A DNA stretch of 64,000 nt from contig NW_027191402.1 of assembly GCF_041146345.1 (NCBI RefSeq), positions 1,178,001 through 1,242,000 of the forward strand. Reading direction: 5' to 3'. Of the stretch, positions 49,409 to 61,000 are shown piece after piece (within the stretch, counting starts at the first letter, position 1; each line of letters begins with the position of its first letter). The position numbers were made by a program, and so were the translations under genes. The stretch comes from Neodothiora populina (lineage: Eukaryota). The notes under the pieces were generated by a model. That model was not told the DNA's origin and ran no database searches. It worked only from the letters and a program-made list of their open reading frames with translations.

Positions 49409-49799
49409 GATCATATTCTGTGATTATACCGTCCTCCTATGGGCGTGGCTGTGAACAATGTGCCTAACCTACAAAAGCACGAAACGTGTGTCCATCGCAC
49501 CTGTAATCTGACAAGAGTACAAGACAAAACAAGATATCTACGTACCGATGAGGTGCTTATAGATACGCTCATGTCTCCGACTATTCGTCGCGCTAAACTC
49601 TATAGAGCTTTGATCCACCTCCAGCCTGATCAGTGATTAACAGCTTTCTATGCTCTATTTAGGCTGCTGCTGTGGAAGGGATAACGAATCCCCGCTGATC
49701 AAGCGGTGGAGAGGGTCAGCTGGATCATTGACTGTAACAAACGCAATATGCTATTGGAGCTGGACCTGGCACCCGACTTGCTTTCCCGTCGTTCCTCGT

Positions 49800-50475
49800 T
49801 AAGGCACATCGATACGAGCTTCGACTAGATAACGACGCTTTTTGTGAACTGATGAAGAGCTGCACAACCCTCGACTGTGACGACCGAGATCCACCTGATC
49901 TTTATCTGTCAGAGACAGGCTGCAGTCTGATTGGATCGTCTCAATGTGAACAACCTCTTTCCGCTTCTTAGCGTTGCTTCCAAGAGATGTGCTTGGCTTG
50001 CACATTGACTTTCGGCTGGCCCAAGGTTCGATGCCGTGATGTTAATTAAGGTGCTGCCAGAACGCATCTTCATTCTCTGCGGCGCAGCTACAGTATGGAT
50101 GAGGACACTGGAGCGACCATGTGGCGATTTTTGCGCAATGTCTACTGATATGACGGTGAAGTTCGTGACAGTCAGTAAACTGATGGAAGTGTTGTCCAGG
50201 ATCAGGATTACTTTCACTAAAACAAAACACGCATTTTGCAGTGACGATAATGACTCCATAACGAATTATCTGACCACAGAAGGGACCCACGGAAGGCAGG
50301 CTAGACAAATGTATTTTGCAATGTGTATCCCAGGATACTTTGCTTTCGATCCATAGGCCACATTCGTAGCAGAAATTGAGGTTGCCAGGACTGGTTGCGT
50401 CGACGTACAGATCATGTTCGCGCAGAATATGAAGAGCCAGGGAGTTGCTGTTGTTCATGGCAGACTGGCATGACT
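49800..50475 (-). pseudogene. Cluster of C2H2-like zinc fingers resembling the C-terminus of DUF3435-family recombinases
   Basis: FCYECGLW...WDTHCKIHL...FCG...KCVFCF...LHRHI..H...CPHPYC...FWQHLN*HHG, with an in-frame TAA at 50042. Confidence 0.55.
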
Positions 50476-50626
50476 TCCATCTGCAGAATTGTCACCGGCT
50501 CCTAACTACGTGCTGTGTGAGGTGACGGAGAACACCAAGAGCTTTGCTACTTCCAAAGGAATGGGCATAAAAAGACCAATGGCAGGTAGCATGAGCGATC
50601 ATACCATGCGAGCCAAGAGTTCTGCG

Positions 50627-51806
50627 CTAGGTGCTTGGGTGTTGAGAAGGCTGATCTACGGAGGGGGGTGGTTCCTGGTGCGCATGGTCGTTGTTTGCAT
50701 CATCTGCATTGTTCTTGTATGATATATGGGAGTCGTCGGTCTGGACCGCAGCGTCCTTGCTGGTCCAAGGGCGTACTTGTTTGAGCTTTTGCAGATCGGC
50801 AACTTGAGTCGTCAAGAAGGCCAAGTGGTCGACGACTCCACGCATCCATGCTTCGCCTAGGGATGATGGCAGAGGAGGTGGTAGCGTGGTGGTAAGGGTA
50901 GTAGATGAGGCTTGGGTGTCTACTCGGGCGCGTTTTTTTGACGGTATCGCAACGGGTGGAGTTGAACTGATTTGATTGTAGGCGGGAGGTGTATCGCCCG
51001 GGTGTTGGGAATAAGGGTCCGCACACAAGTCGGCCTCCGGGGCGATATGCCCTAGGTGAGCAGGGGCAGAAGCAAAGACAGCAGGAGGTGCAGCAGCAGA
51101 AGCGGCAGCAGAGGCAGCAGCAGGGACGGCAGCAGACACGATAGGGGCGGTAGAGGCAGAAGGGATAGAAGGGGCAGAAGGGACATGACTGGCAGCAGTA
51201 GCATGAGGGTCAACGGAGGCAAAAGGTCCGAATTGTTCAGGGTACCCGAAGACATCTTCTGGACGACTAATGAGACGGCCACCTTGTCCAGCGTATAATG
51301 TCTCAAGGACAGGGTCATCAGACAACGAACCGTGTGCCAGAGCGGCGGCGAGGCTGGACAAGCGCTCTCGGTCACCAGTGGCGGAACTTGGGACACACAA
51401 TTAAGGCAGAAGGAGTAAGAGTAAAGGAAACGGCGATTATGTCAGCTGGCGATTTGCAGAGATTGCCGGCCACAAATGACGCGAGAACACATTGCGGTAC
51501 AGTCGCAGGGTTTGCGACGATGTCCAGACTCGAGATCTGACTAGGTTCGATCAAAAGGTACATGTGCGTGTTTCCCCCGCTGCCCTTTAACTTGACCGAG
51601 GTGCGAAGCCTGCACGAGAGGGTACCGTGTGCATCGTCTACGGAATGGATGAATGTCAGTGACGAAAGGCGAGTGTCATGCCTGAGGCCAAAGTACGAGG
51701 CTTGCTGGATGTCAGGCAGAGCCCATGCTGCAACAGCGGGCACGTGAAGCTTGAGGAAGGGGCAGGCCGGAACTGCAGGAGACGGCGCAGAGGAGCCCGA
51801 AGACAT
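50627..51806 (-). pseudogene. Uncharacterised fungal protein (beta-rich N-terminus, Ala/Pro/Ser-rich region), frameshifted near 51390
   Basis: Overlapping ORFs of 144 aa and 257 aa, GC-rich with coding-like composition. Confidence 0.5.
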
Positions 51807-53213
51807 TGCAGGTGTGGGCCGAAGCAGCAGCGCAACTATATGTGTAGGTACAGGTGCAGATACAGGTGCAGGTACAAGTGCAGGTGCGGATGTTCAGGGA
51901 GGGAGGGCGGACAATCAGAGTTGCTGTAGCCCGTACTCGTCAGATACATAAGAGTATCTAGGCACACAGAGAGCAGTCAGCCAACTTTTCAATAGATTGA
52001 GAAGCGATAATGGTATCGCAGCAAGTAGCAAAGAATTGGAATAGAGATGAGATGCAAATGAGAATGGAATGGAACAGAGACGATTTCCTCTTCCCCTCAC
52101 TTCTGCAGCAGAACAAACGGTTGGCCCACTGTTGCCTATACTGCAGAGGAGGTCCCGAAGGAGCCCACCCACCCAGGCTTTTTCCATCTTTGGAACCAGA
52201 GCAGCCTTGACTCTGCAAAGCGAGTAGCGCAGAGGAGACAATCGAGAAGAAACACACGCAGGCCCAGAGACACGTAGCCACGCAGACAGACGATCAAGCA
52301 AGGCGTACACCGCGGAGGTCGAGGTCGTAGCCGAGGTAGAAGGGCTCGGGTCCGATTTCAGAGCATCGGAAGTGAAGAAGCTGTCAGTAGCCTACAGTAA
52401 CACCCACCAGTTGCAGCCAGCTGGAGCCGCGCAAGTGGCCGAGGGTAAGAGTCGACAAACGGAGACCTTGCGGCCCCTACAGACCCCAGACACGCGAGAG
52501 AGGCAGGGTATGAAGCATGCGCGTCAATCTCGAGCATCTGGTAGAATGGCCTGCTTGCGATTTCCTGGTCCTCTGCAACACACGCAGCTCCAGTGACGGC
52601 AGACCGGCAGGCTACCGCGGCAATCTCTTATCCCATTAGGAACTGCAGCGGCATGGTGTTGTTTCCTAGGAGCTGTGTAGAGTAAGTTGGCGACATGATT
52701 CTGTGGCCTGTAGGTCATGTACGTGTTGTTTCATCTGTCTGCCTGCGTGACTAGTCTCGACACGAACGACGGCGACGACGACGCGGCTCTGCTCTTGACC
52801 ACAACCTACCCCTCCACCCAACCAGGCTTTGATACAACAGACGCAAGCAGCCTTGACCTGCGAAACGGACACGATAGAGGATAGAAGACGCGTCACAGTG
52901 ACGGAGGCGGGGGATGGCGGTGACATACTTACTAGGAGACGATTGACGGTGACATGATAGACAACAGAAGACAGGTGACGGCGATCATGGATAACGTATA
53001 ACGGAGAACAGACGACTGACAATGGAGAATGATCGGGGGACTTGTGGATTGCAACAAAAGAGTCAAATAATACAAAGCTGGATTGCGACGAGAAGGCGAT
53101 TCACTTTGCAACAGCTTGCGATGGCCGCTTGCGATAGTTACTGTAAGTTCGGAGAGAAAGAGCACGGAACAGCTACGGTAGGAACAAGTGATACTGTAGA
53201 TACAGTACACAAC

Positions 53214-55734
53214 GACAACAAAGGCGGAAACAAGAGTGGATACGGCAATGAGGATCATACCCAAGGTACCACCACTTATCCCAGCGAGTTCAGCTGTTTC
53301 TGCCGATAGAAAACTCACGAGCGCTCCGGTAGAGTTCTCCACGTCCTCGAAGAAGGAAATCTCTTGTCGTAGCATCTGGCTGAAAGCCCGCCTTTTGGCT
53401 ACGTATATTAGGCGTTCCGAACAATAGGCAAAGACGCCACCTTGAACGCTGAAAACGAGCATCATAACGATTGCTAGCAAGAAGAACATCCACGCCCAAA
53501 AACCAGCCTCAGAGCGAATCTGATTGGAAGCTTCGAGTGGACGTGAGATGGCTACCAGTGCTTTCCCAAATAGGATGGCAGATACCGGCTCTTCCAAACC
53601 AGCGATGATGGAGCACAATAGACCAAACGATATGTGGGACCATTCCTTGGCATTGAGTCGTAAGACGAACTTGGCTGTCGAGAAGAGTGATCGCGAGCTT
53701 TTGGTCGTTGCACCCTCTACTGGAACAATCTTTTCATGGCTCGTGGCCAATTCCTTTTCGACTTGCTGCTCAAGTTTTTGAACGTGTTCCACGTGATGAG
53801 GAGACTTCTTTTGCTCCTCGATGACTCCCTGAGCCTGCACAAGCTCGAAGTAGGATCCTTGATGGGCCATAAGTTCATTATGTGTACCCTGCTCAATTAC
53901 AGCCCCACTCTGCAAGACGAAGATCACATCAGCGTTTTTAATTGTCGAAAGCCGATGGGCAATTATGATCGTTGTCCTTTTCTTGCCTGTTAGTTCCAGA
54001 GCGGCTTGGATCTTAGCTTCTGTCTTTACATCCAACGCAGAAGTAGCTTCGTCAAGAACCAAGACCTTCGGATCCGAGATCAAAGCTCGAGCAAGTGCAA
54101 TTCTCTGCTTTTGACCACCGGATAGTTTTGATCCCCTTGATCCTACATTGGTTTGATATCCGTTAGGTAAAGCGGATATGAAATCATGAGCAAAGGCTAA
54201 TTTGGCAGCATCTTCTATCTTTCTTTGCTTCGATTCGGCCGGTAGATCCTGGAACGGAGACCCGATAAGCCCATATTCAATATTCTCGTAGATTGATGTG
54301 TCAAACAGGAATGGATCCTGGTTAACAACTCTGATCTGGCGTCTGAGCCACTTGAGATTGACTTGCTCAAGGTTGTGACTGTCAAAGACGATCTGCCCTC
54401 TGACCGGCTCGTAGAATCGTGTAATAAGCTTAGCAATCGAGCTCTTTCCAGAGCCTGAAGGGCCGACAACAGCAGTAGTTCTCCCGCTAGGGAAGATCAT
54501 GTTCAGACCGTCAGCAATTACGACAGTGGGTCGTGAGGGATAGACATGCTTAACGTCTTTCAGCTCGATTCTCCCATCAACGTGCTCTGGAATGATGCCA
54601 TCTTCAGATCCGGGATCTATTGGTGACACACGAGTCAACAACCGCAAGACTCGCTGCCATGCTGAGGCTGCTAATGTGAAGATCTCTGCGTTTGAGCCGA
54701 CACCTAGAACACAAAATGCAGCACTCTTGGTAACCAAGGTTATTGCCACAACAGCCATAAAAGACGTTTCATGGTCGACCAAGAAGTGTGATCCTTGCCA
54801 GAGTGCTAGACCAACGTTCAAGTAGCCGGTACCGACAGTGACAGCCACCATGACTCCCATCAGGAGTTTGAGAGTGAAAGCTGCCTTTTCCGCTACTTCG
54901 AGATGTTGCTCATAGGTTGCAAGAATGCTCTTTTGTAAGCCAAGAGCAGTCGTACTCTTGATAGAACTAAGAACCTCTTCAACGATGGCACTGCTTGTAG
55001 AGCGGACAGTCATGGAACGACCAGAGTATCTTACAGCTACGCGGTTGCCGACAAATAAGAGCGCAAGACTCGCGAAAAAAGACCAGATAAGAATGAGAGC
55101 TAGCTTCCAGTACAAAGCAAAGCTGACAATATAGGTAGCAAGAAGTGTTCCAACGGCGCTGATGGTGATTGACAGTTTTTGAGACAGGCTCTCCTGGATA
55201 ATATTCAAGTCTGTGCCTAATTGATCAATGAATTGCCCAGCGCTGTTGCCATCAAAGAATGCAATGTTCTGGCGCAGTATTGTCTCCATGTATCGCACTC
55301 TGATTCGGAGGACGATGTTTGCACCAGCGTAAGCAAACCCTGCAGTCGACACGAACCATACTACGAAAGCACCAATGGCAATGTAAACAAAGAACAGAGA
55401 ATAGTGGCTAATGAGATGGCTCGAGTCGGGGCAGGCGGAACCATGGTTTTCGATATCGACAAAGATATGTGAGAGCCGTCCGAAGATGATCTAGAAGGAG
55501 CGTTTATTAGGAAGATGAAGATCAATCGTTGAGATGTATCCTTACAGGTGGCAGGGGAATAATGGCACCTGCGATCAAAGCACACACGGCGCTTAGCATG
55601 ATCACGATCAAATCACGTAGAGACGCATATTGGTAGAGCGTGAGGAACGAGGCTTGGACATCCAGAAACTCTGTTTGACGACGAATGACCTCTTGTTCGT
55701 AAGATGATGCTCTCTCTTCGTTATGCGTAGACAT
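53214..55734 (-). pseudogene. ABCB/MDR-type ABC transporter truncated within the second TMD
   Basis: Exon 1 55546..55734 and intron 55491..55545. TMD1, then NBD1 (GPSGSGKS, LSGGQKQRIALARAL, LDEATSALD, IAHRLSTI), then TMD2 up to STLVSAFVV, after which similarity stops abruptly. No NBD2 in the window. Confidence 0.9.
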
Positions 55735-56980
55735 GACTATCTGCGATGGAAATGAAGCCAGGAGCTTGGGAAATCACTCTGGTTTGCCGGTGGAACTTTC
55801 AGACCCCGCGCTGGCGTGATGGCGCTTAGTATGACTCTGAATATCGATCGTCAATTTCAATCCAAATATCCAATCCAGATCTAGGAATATGCCTCCTGAG
55901 TCTTGTCCGGTGTCGGGCGTCTCTACATGCAAGCAAAGAACGGCTCTCGGGCGGTCGTTGCCGGCATAATCGGCACCAGTCCAGTGTTTCGCAGTTAATT
56001 AATGATAGCACGTCTCACATATTGCGTGATATTCTACTACTTGAGTCTGACCTTCCTAATTCATCATTATTCTCTGTCAATCCAGATATCATCGCTTTAC
56101 CTGATCAGACTACAGAATAGATCGATTTGGTAGCCATCTTTCACTACAATGATGTCACACCAAAATATCACACACACGATAAGCCCGCAAATGTCCACCG
56201 ATACTCGCGGTGCTTAGAGCGTAGCGATATGGATATTACGAAAAGCTCAATTAGACAAAAAGTGCCAAGGCTCAGGCTATCGTAATCCGGAGCACCACGA
56301 TAAAGGCGGCACACGATATGTATTAAGCAGACCCTTGGATGTTGTCACGCTGTCGTCAAATGCAGTGAGTAAACAATCCAACCGGCCGTGGCGTTAGAGA
56401 GGCTGATCTAGCGGCTCTGCCTCGGCAAAACCCATACAACAAGTCAATGATCTCGCTTATGATCGGCAACGTGCCGAAACAGCTTTCCGCACTTGCATTT
56501 CCGCAGAGGTGATCACCGCTTCTGGACCTGGCGTCCTCGTCAATCCAGTGCATGACACAACACTATTAGAGGAGATTGCTATCTTAATCTGTGTGAAAAC
56601 GCGTTGCGTAGGCTTCATTCTCATTGAGAACCTACCTCTAGAGGGAGACCAGTTCAAGTCCTATTTACAATGATGAAGGTAGACAGTCTCTCAGCTTCGC
56701 GTTATAGTTCTCAGATGGTGTCTCGAGAAGTGCTGGAATGTGCGAGTCGCGGGTGTCTCGCAACAGGAGCCCGACGAGACTGTTGCCGAACTTGACAGCT
56801 TCTTGACGAGTGACGGGTATACGTACCAGCGTCGGTGAAGCATAGGTGATCTTCTGGTCTTTGATATACTGGCTACCTTGCAGGGACAGCGGTTAGTGAT
56901 GATGGTGTGCCGGTGCTATTCCGCTGTCAAGTAAATCGACGAAGCAAGGACGATTTTTCGATACGGTGTGAAAATGAAGA

Positions 56981-58477
56981 CTATTTCCGGAAATCTCCGT
57001 TCACAGTGACGAAGTCGTGCGTCAGATCGCACGTCCAGTACACGGCCTCTTCAAGATCCTGATTGTCCTGCCCGTCTCTCAAGTCTACCAAAATCTCGAC
57101 ATCTTGCTGCTCCATGGCTTTCTCTACAAGTGTCTGATCTATCTCCGCAGGGACACCCTTATCCAATATTTTCAGAGCTCTGGATCCATCAACAGGAATA
57201 AGACAGATAGAGGTCAATCCTGGCACAATAATTCCTTGGCCCGCAAATTCGGTGTCAGCCAACGAATATCCCAGCGCCACAGAAACCCAGCCCCAGCCAG
57301 GATCTCCGCCATAGACGCCCGTCTTGAACAAGACCGATCTCGCGATTGCAGAGGCGATTCGTTTGCCCGCTGGGTAAGACGGAGCGCCTCGGACACGAAT
57401 TGTGATGAATTTTGTCGCGCCTTCGCCGTCTCGAACGACTAGTTTCGCCAACTCGGCCATATATCCGATTAGCATCTTTTGTAGGGCGACGAAATCTTCC
57501 GATTGATGCGGCAAGGAAGAGTCGAAGTCGACAGGATACCCGCCTGCTGCGCCATTGGCGAGGAGCGCGACCATGTCGTTTGTGGAAGTATCGCCTTCGA
57601 TGGAAATGCAGTTGTAGGACTTATCCGCAGCGGTCGACAGAAGTTGTTGTAATGCGCTGGGTGTCACTGGAGCGTCGGTGCAGATTATGCCTAAAGTCGT
57701 GGCCATGTTTGGATGGATCATGCCTGCGCCTTTAGTGATACCTGCCAATCGAAATTCGACACCAGGCGAGGATGGTAGTGTGAATGTCCACGAAGCCAAC
57801 TTAGGAAAGGTATCGGTGGTCAGCATTCCTATAGCAGCTCCAAGCCAGTGGTCATGGGTGGATCCCATGTTTTGACGGAGCTTAGGCAGATTATGGATTA
57901 TACTACTAATCGGGAGGCTTTGCGTTCATAGTTAGTACATCTGCAAGAACTCATCGAATAATAATAAGCATGTTTACCGTTGACCGCCAGCTCCTGTATG
58001 CATGACCAGAACAGATGACTTTTCACCCTGCTCGGCGAGATGATTAGCCGCTTCCTCCCCCATCTTACGCGTATCCCTTAAACCAGGCTCTCCAGTAAAC
58101 AAGTTCGCACAGCCCGAATTAGCGATGATGCCTCGAAGCCCATGCCCTTTCGACGCCTGCATAACCTCCCGAGACACCGTGATTGACGGCGCTGGGAACT
58201 CATTTTTCGTGAAAACCGCGGCACCGCATGAGGGCCTGTCAGAAGCAACGAGGACCAAATCAGGTTCAGGGGACCGCTCGGACTTGATACCGGCTTTTAC
58301 ACTGCCAACTGTAAAGCCCAAGGGATAGGTGCCGCTCTTTGGGATAAACCTTAACTTGCTTCCAGGAATTGATGAGCTGCCGTGAAGGTCGAAGTTAGAG
58401 AAGTTGCGATTTTGACACTGGGACTTTTCAATGCGGGCTATTGCTGCTGCGAAGGCAGCAATACGGCGAGCAAACAT
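56981..58477 (-). CDS. argJ: Ornithine acetyltransferase / ArgJ (ARG7-like), divergent paralog with a mitochondrial presequence-like N-terminus (about 478 aa)
   Basis: [61 protein letters not shown]. 60-nt intron at 57918..57977. Confidence 0.92.
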
Positions 58478-58940
58478 CTTAGATTTGTAGAATCAGGATC
58501 GACGTGCTTATGGTCCCTGATTGTTGAGGCATGTAGCCCGTATAAATAAGACCAGGTTCGAAGATCGAGGGTCAGAGCGATTGCACAGACCTCAACCGTC
58601 ACAGTTAGTCGTGCCCTCTTTGATCGGATAAACTACGGAGCACTTCGTGCGGACCAGGCATTCGATCTTCGGCGAGCACAGCGAGGAATGGCCAGTGCAA
58701 CGAGTATTCTCGGATAGCTATCTATTAGCTGTTTATCAACCATTTACACGTCCTCCAAGCGTGCCGGATATGCCGAGAGCTCGGAAAGCGACAGAGAAGA
58801 AGAGCGTGCATCAGTTGATTAATGGGAAGGACGACAAAGCTGTAGCTGCGTGGCGCGATGATCCAGATGATTACTCAAGCATGAAAGACCATTACGAAAG
58901 CATGCTAGTGGGGATTACTACTCAAGTATTCTATCCAAAA

Positions 58941-60387
58941 TTGATTGAGTTGAGTTGAGTTGAGTTGGTTTCATTTACCCTGACCCATCGCCCTGAGCGA
59001 TATGCAGGCTACATACTGTTATAAGTCTATGCTAGCTGATGATGTATAAGTTGCGTTTCCTTTTTACGAAAGTGATAAGTTGATGTCTCAGTCTTCTGCG
59101 TTCTCCTTTCTTGTAAACCTCTGCGTGTCTTCTGCAAAGTCCAGCACTGCAGCTAGCTCCGTAGAGGTGATTTTCCAGCGTTCACTGCTATTACCGTCTG
59201 TGCGTGTTCTGTCCTCGTCGTCTTGTGCCCTTGGTGGCGATGGCTGTCGTGGATGCGGCTTTCCACCTAGCATCGTCCAAAGTTCTCTTGACTTGTCTCC
59301 AATCTTCTTATGAAGCTTACTCCTCAGTTGTTGTAGCAACGGGCACTCCGTTAGTACGTGTTCCACTGTTTCCGGTTCCCCACACTCGCACTTGTCATCA
59401 TCTTCGTAGCCAATCTTCATGCGATAAGCTTTAAGCCAGCAGTGGCCTGTTCGTAGTTGGGCCAGTAGGTTCGCTCTGTTCCTTGGCAAATCATCGTATA
59501 GGTGTCGCACGTGTGGGCCTGGTGTGGCGGCATCGACCCTGCGTGGGTGTTGCCCTTTTATTGAGGCTCTCCACTCAGTCCTCCACTGCTTGAGCGTGTC
59601 TTGCTGGATGGCTTGCCTCTGAACGGTCAGAAGTCTCTTGAAGTCGTGTCCCCTTGGCTGAGATGTCGCTCGTTTAGCCAATTTGTCGGCCAGCTCGTTC
59701 CCTGAGATTTTGCTGTGGCTAGGGGTCCATTGCAGCTTGAATCGGATGCCTAGACTTTCTCGATAGAACTGTGCTGTTTCATGGATTATCCTCACTATAT
59801 GTTGGCCAGAAGCACGCCTTGCTGGTATGGAAATGGCTTGAAGTGCGGTCTTGGAGTCACAAGCAATAATGTATAAGTGCGGTTCCAGCATGTGGCTTCG
59901 CACGTGTTGGTCTGCAGCTAGGTGTATGCCAGAGTGGATGGCCATCATCTCTGCCGCGTGAACAGAGTAGTGATTACTCGACCCCACTCCAATGGCAGAG
60001 CTTGACTGTATCTGTAGGTGTTGATCTATGATGACTGCCGCTGCGCCTAGGTTCCCATTCTTGCTTGCTGCATCGGTGTAGACGACAGACTTGGGTGACT
60101 CGGAGACGGCTTGCTCTATCGCCTTGATGGCCTCTTCGCTTGTTGTTTTCGATGTGATTGCTACGAATGGGGACTGCTCCCAAGGTGGAGGTGGGCAGGT
60201 GTCGATCGTTTCTGCCTCATCCATTCGGTCTAGGTTGAGAGATTTCAACATAGAATGAAGTGGGCTTAGGAAGCTGTTCGTGTGGCTGAGGTTCCGAAGA
60301 GCTCTTTGGAGGACTTGGTGCGCCGGATGTTTGTCTGGGAGCGCTTGCAGGCCTGTAATGACTCTCGCTGATCTCTGCTGAAGCCTA
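58941..60387 (-). mobile_element. 5'-truncated Tad1-like non-LTR retrotransposon (RNase H plus C-terminal Cys/His motif)
   Basis: VYTDAA...AAEMMAI...CDSKTAL...WTPSH..ISGNELADKLAK and QLRTGH...CECG..ETVEH.L.EC. 3' tail (CAACT)n at 58941-58967. The frame stays open to about 60387. Confidence 0.92.
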
Positions 60388-60489
60388 CTACTTGAAGCTG
60401 CGCGGGAACGCGATGCGCTTTCAACTTGGACCCTCGTCCAAAAATGGTATAGCGTACCCGTTGTTAAGGCTCCACTTGAACCCCAGTCG

Positions 60490-60537
60490 GTAGGACCTCA
60501 AGTGGGACCTCAAGTATGACCTTCAGTAGGACCCTAA
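60490..60537. repeat. Four imperfect 12-bp tandem units (GTAGGACCTCAA consensus)
   Basis: gtaggacctcaa / gtgggacctcaa / gtatgaccttca / gtaggaccctaa. Confidence 0.8.
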
Positions 60538-61000
60538 ATGTGAAATCTCGATCTCTATAGGTCGCATTTGTTTCAGAGAACTGATAATGTGATGCCCTGC
60601 CATTTCTCAAGATGAACCCCTCCGACCTGGCTTAGATGCGGACAATAGTGGAAATCTCATGTTACTTGCTAAGCGTACGCAATTGACATTCGCTTTGACT
60701 CGTTGTCCTACGCGCGCGTGACGCGTGCAGCCTAATTTCCGACGCGTCAGATTTGTTGCATCTCCCTCTCCTCTTGCCCTTTACCTCTGTTCTCTACTCA
60801 CCGTGGTGATAGGCGTTATTAAGTAGCATCAATCTCACCACTACCACCACCACCACCTCTTCTCTCTGATAGTGTATTGGGCACTGTTAGCATTGTTAGA
60901 GCTGAAACCTCACTCGTCTCTTGATCGTTTCTCACGCCAGTGAGTCATCTGTGGCGTACGGGCTTCAGACATTTAGTCGCGCTCTATGTCGTCGTTGATA

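Noticed and set aside
51840..51895. Degenerate (CAGGTG/CAGGTA) hexamer run
   Set aside because: Simple low-complexity repeat upstream of the 51806 ATG, with no further structure.
52932..53213. C-terminal ~94 aa of the 806-aa ABC ORF
   Set aside because: Read-through into unrelated sequence beyond the breakpoint.
58916..60398. TACTACT on both sides of the LINE as a target-site duplication
   Set aside because: The left copy is about 18 bp away from the tail and the match is short. Not a convincing TSD.
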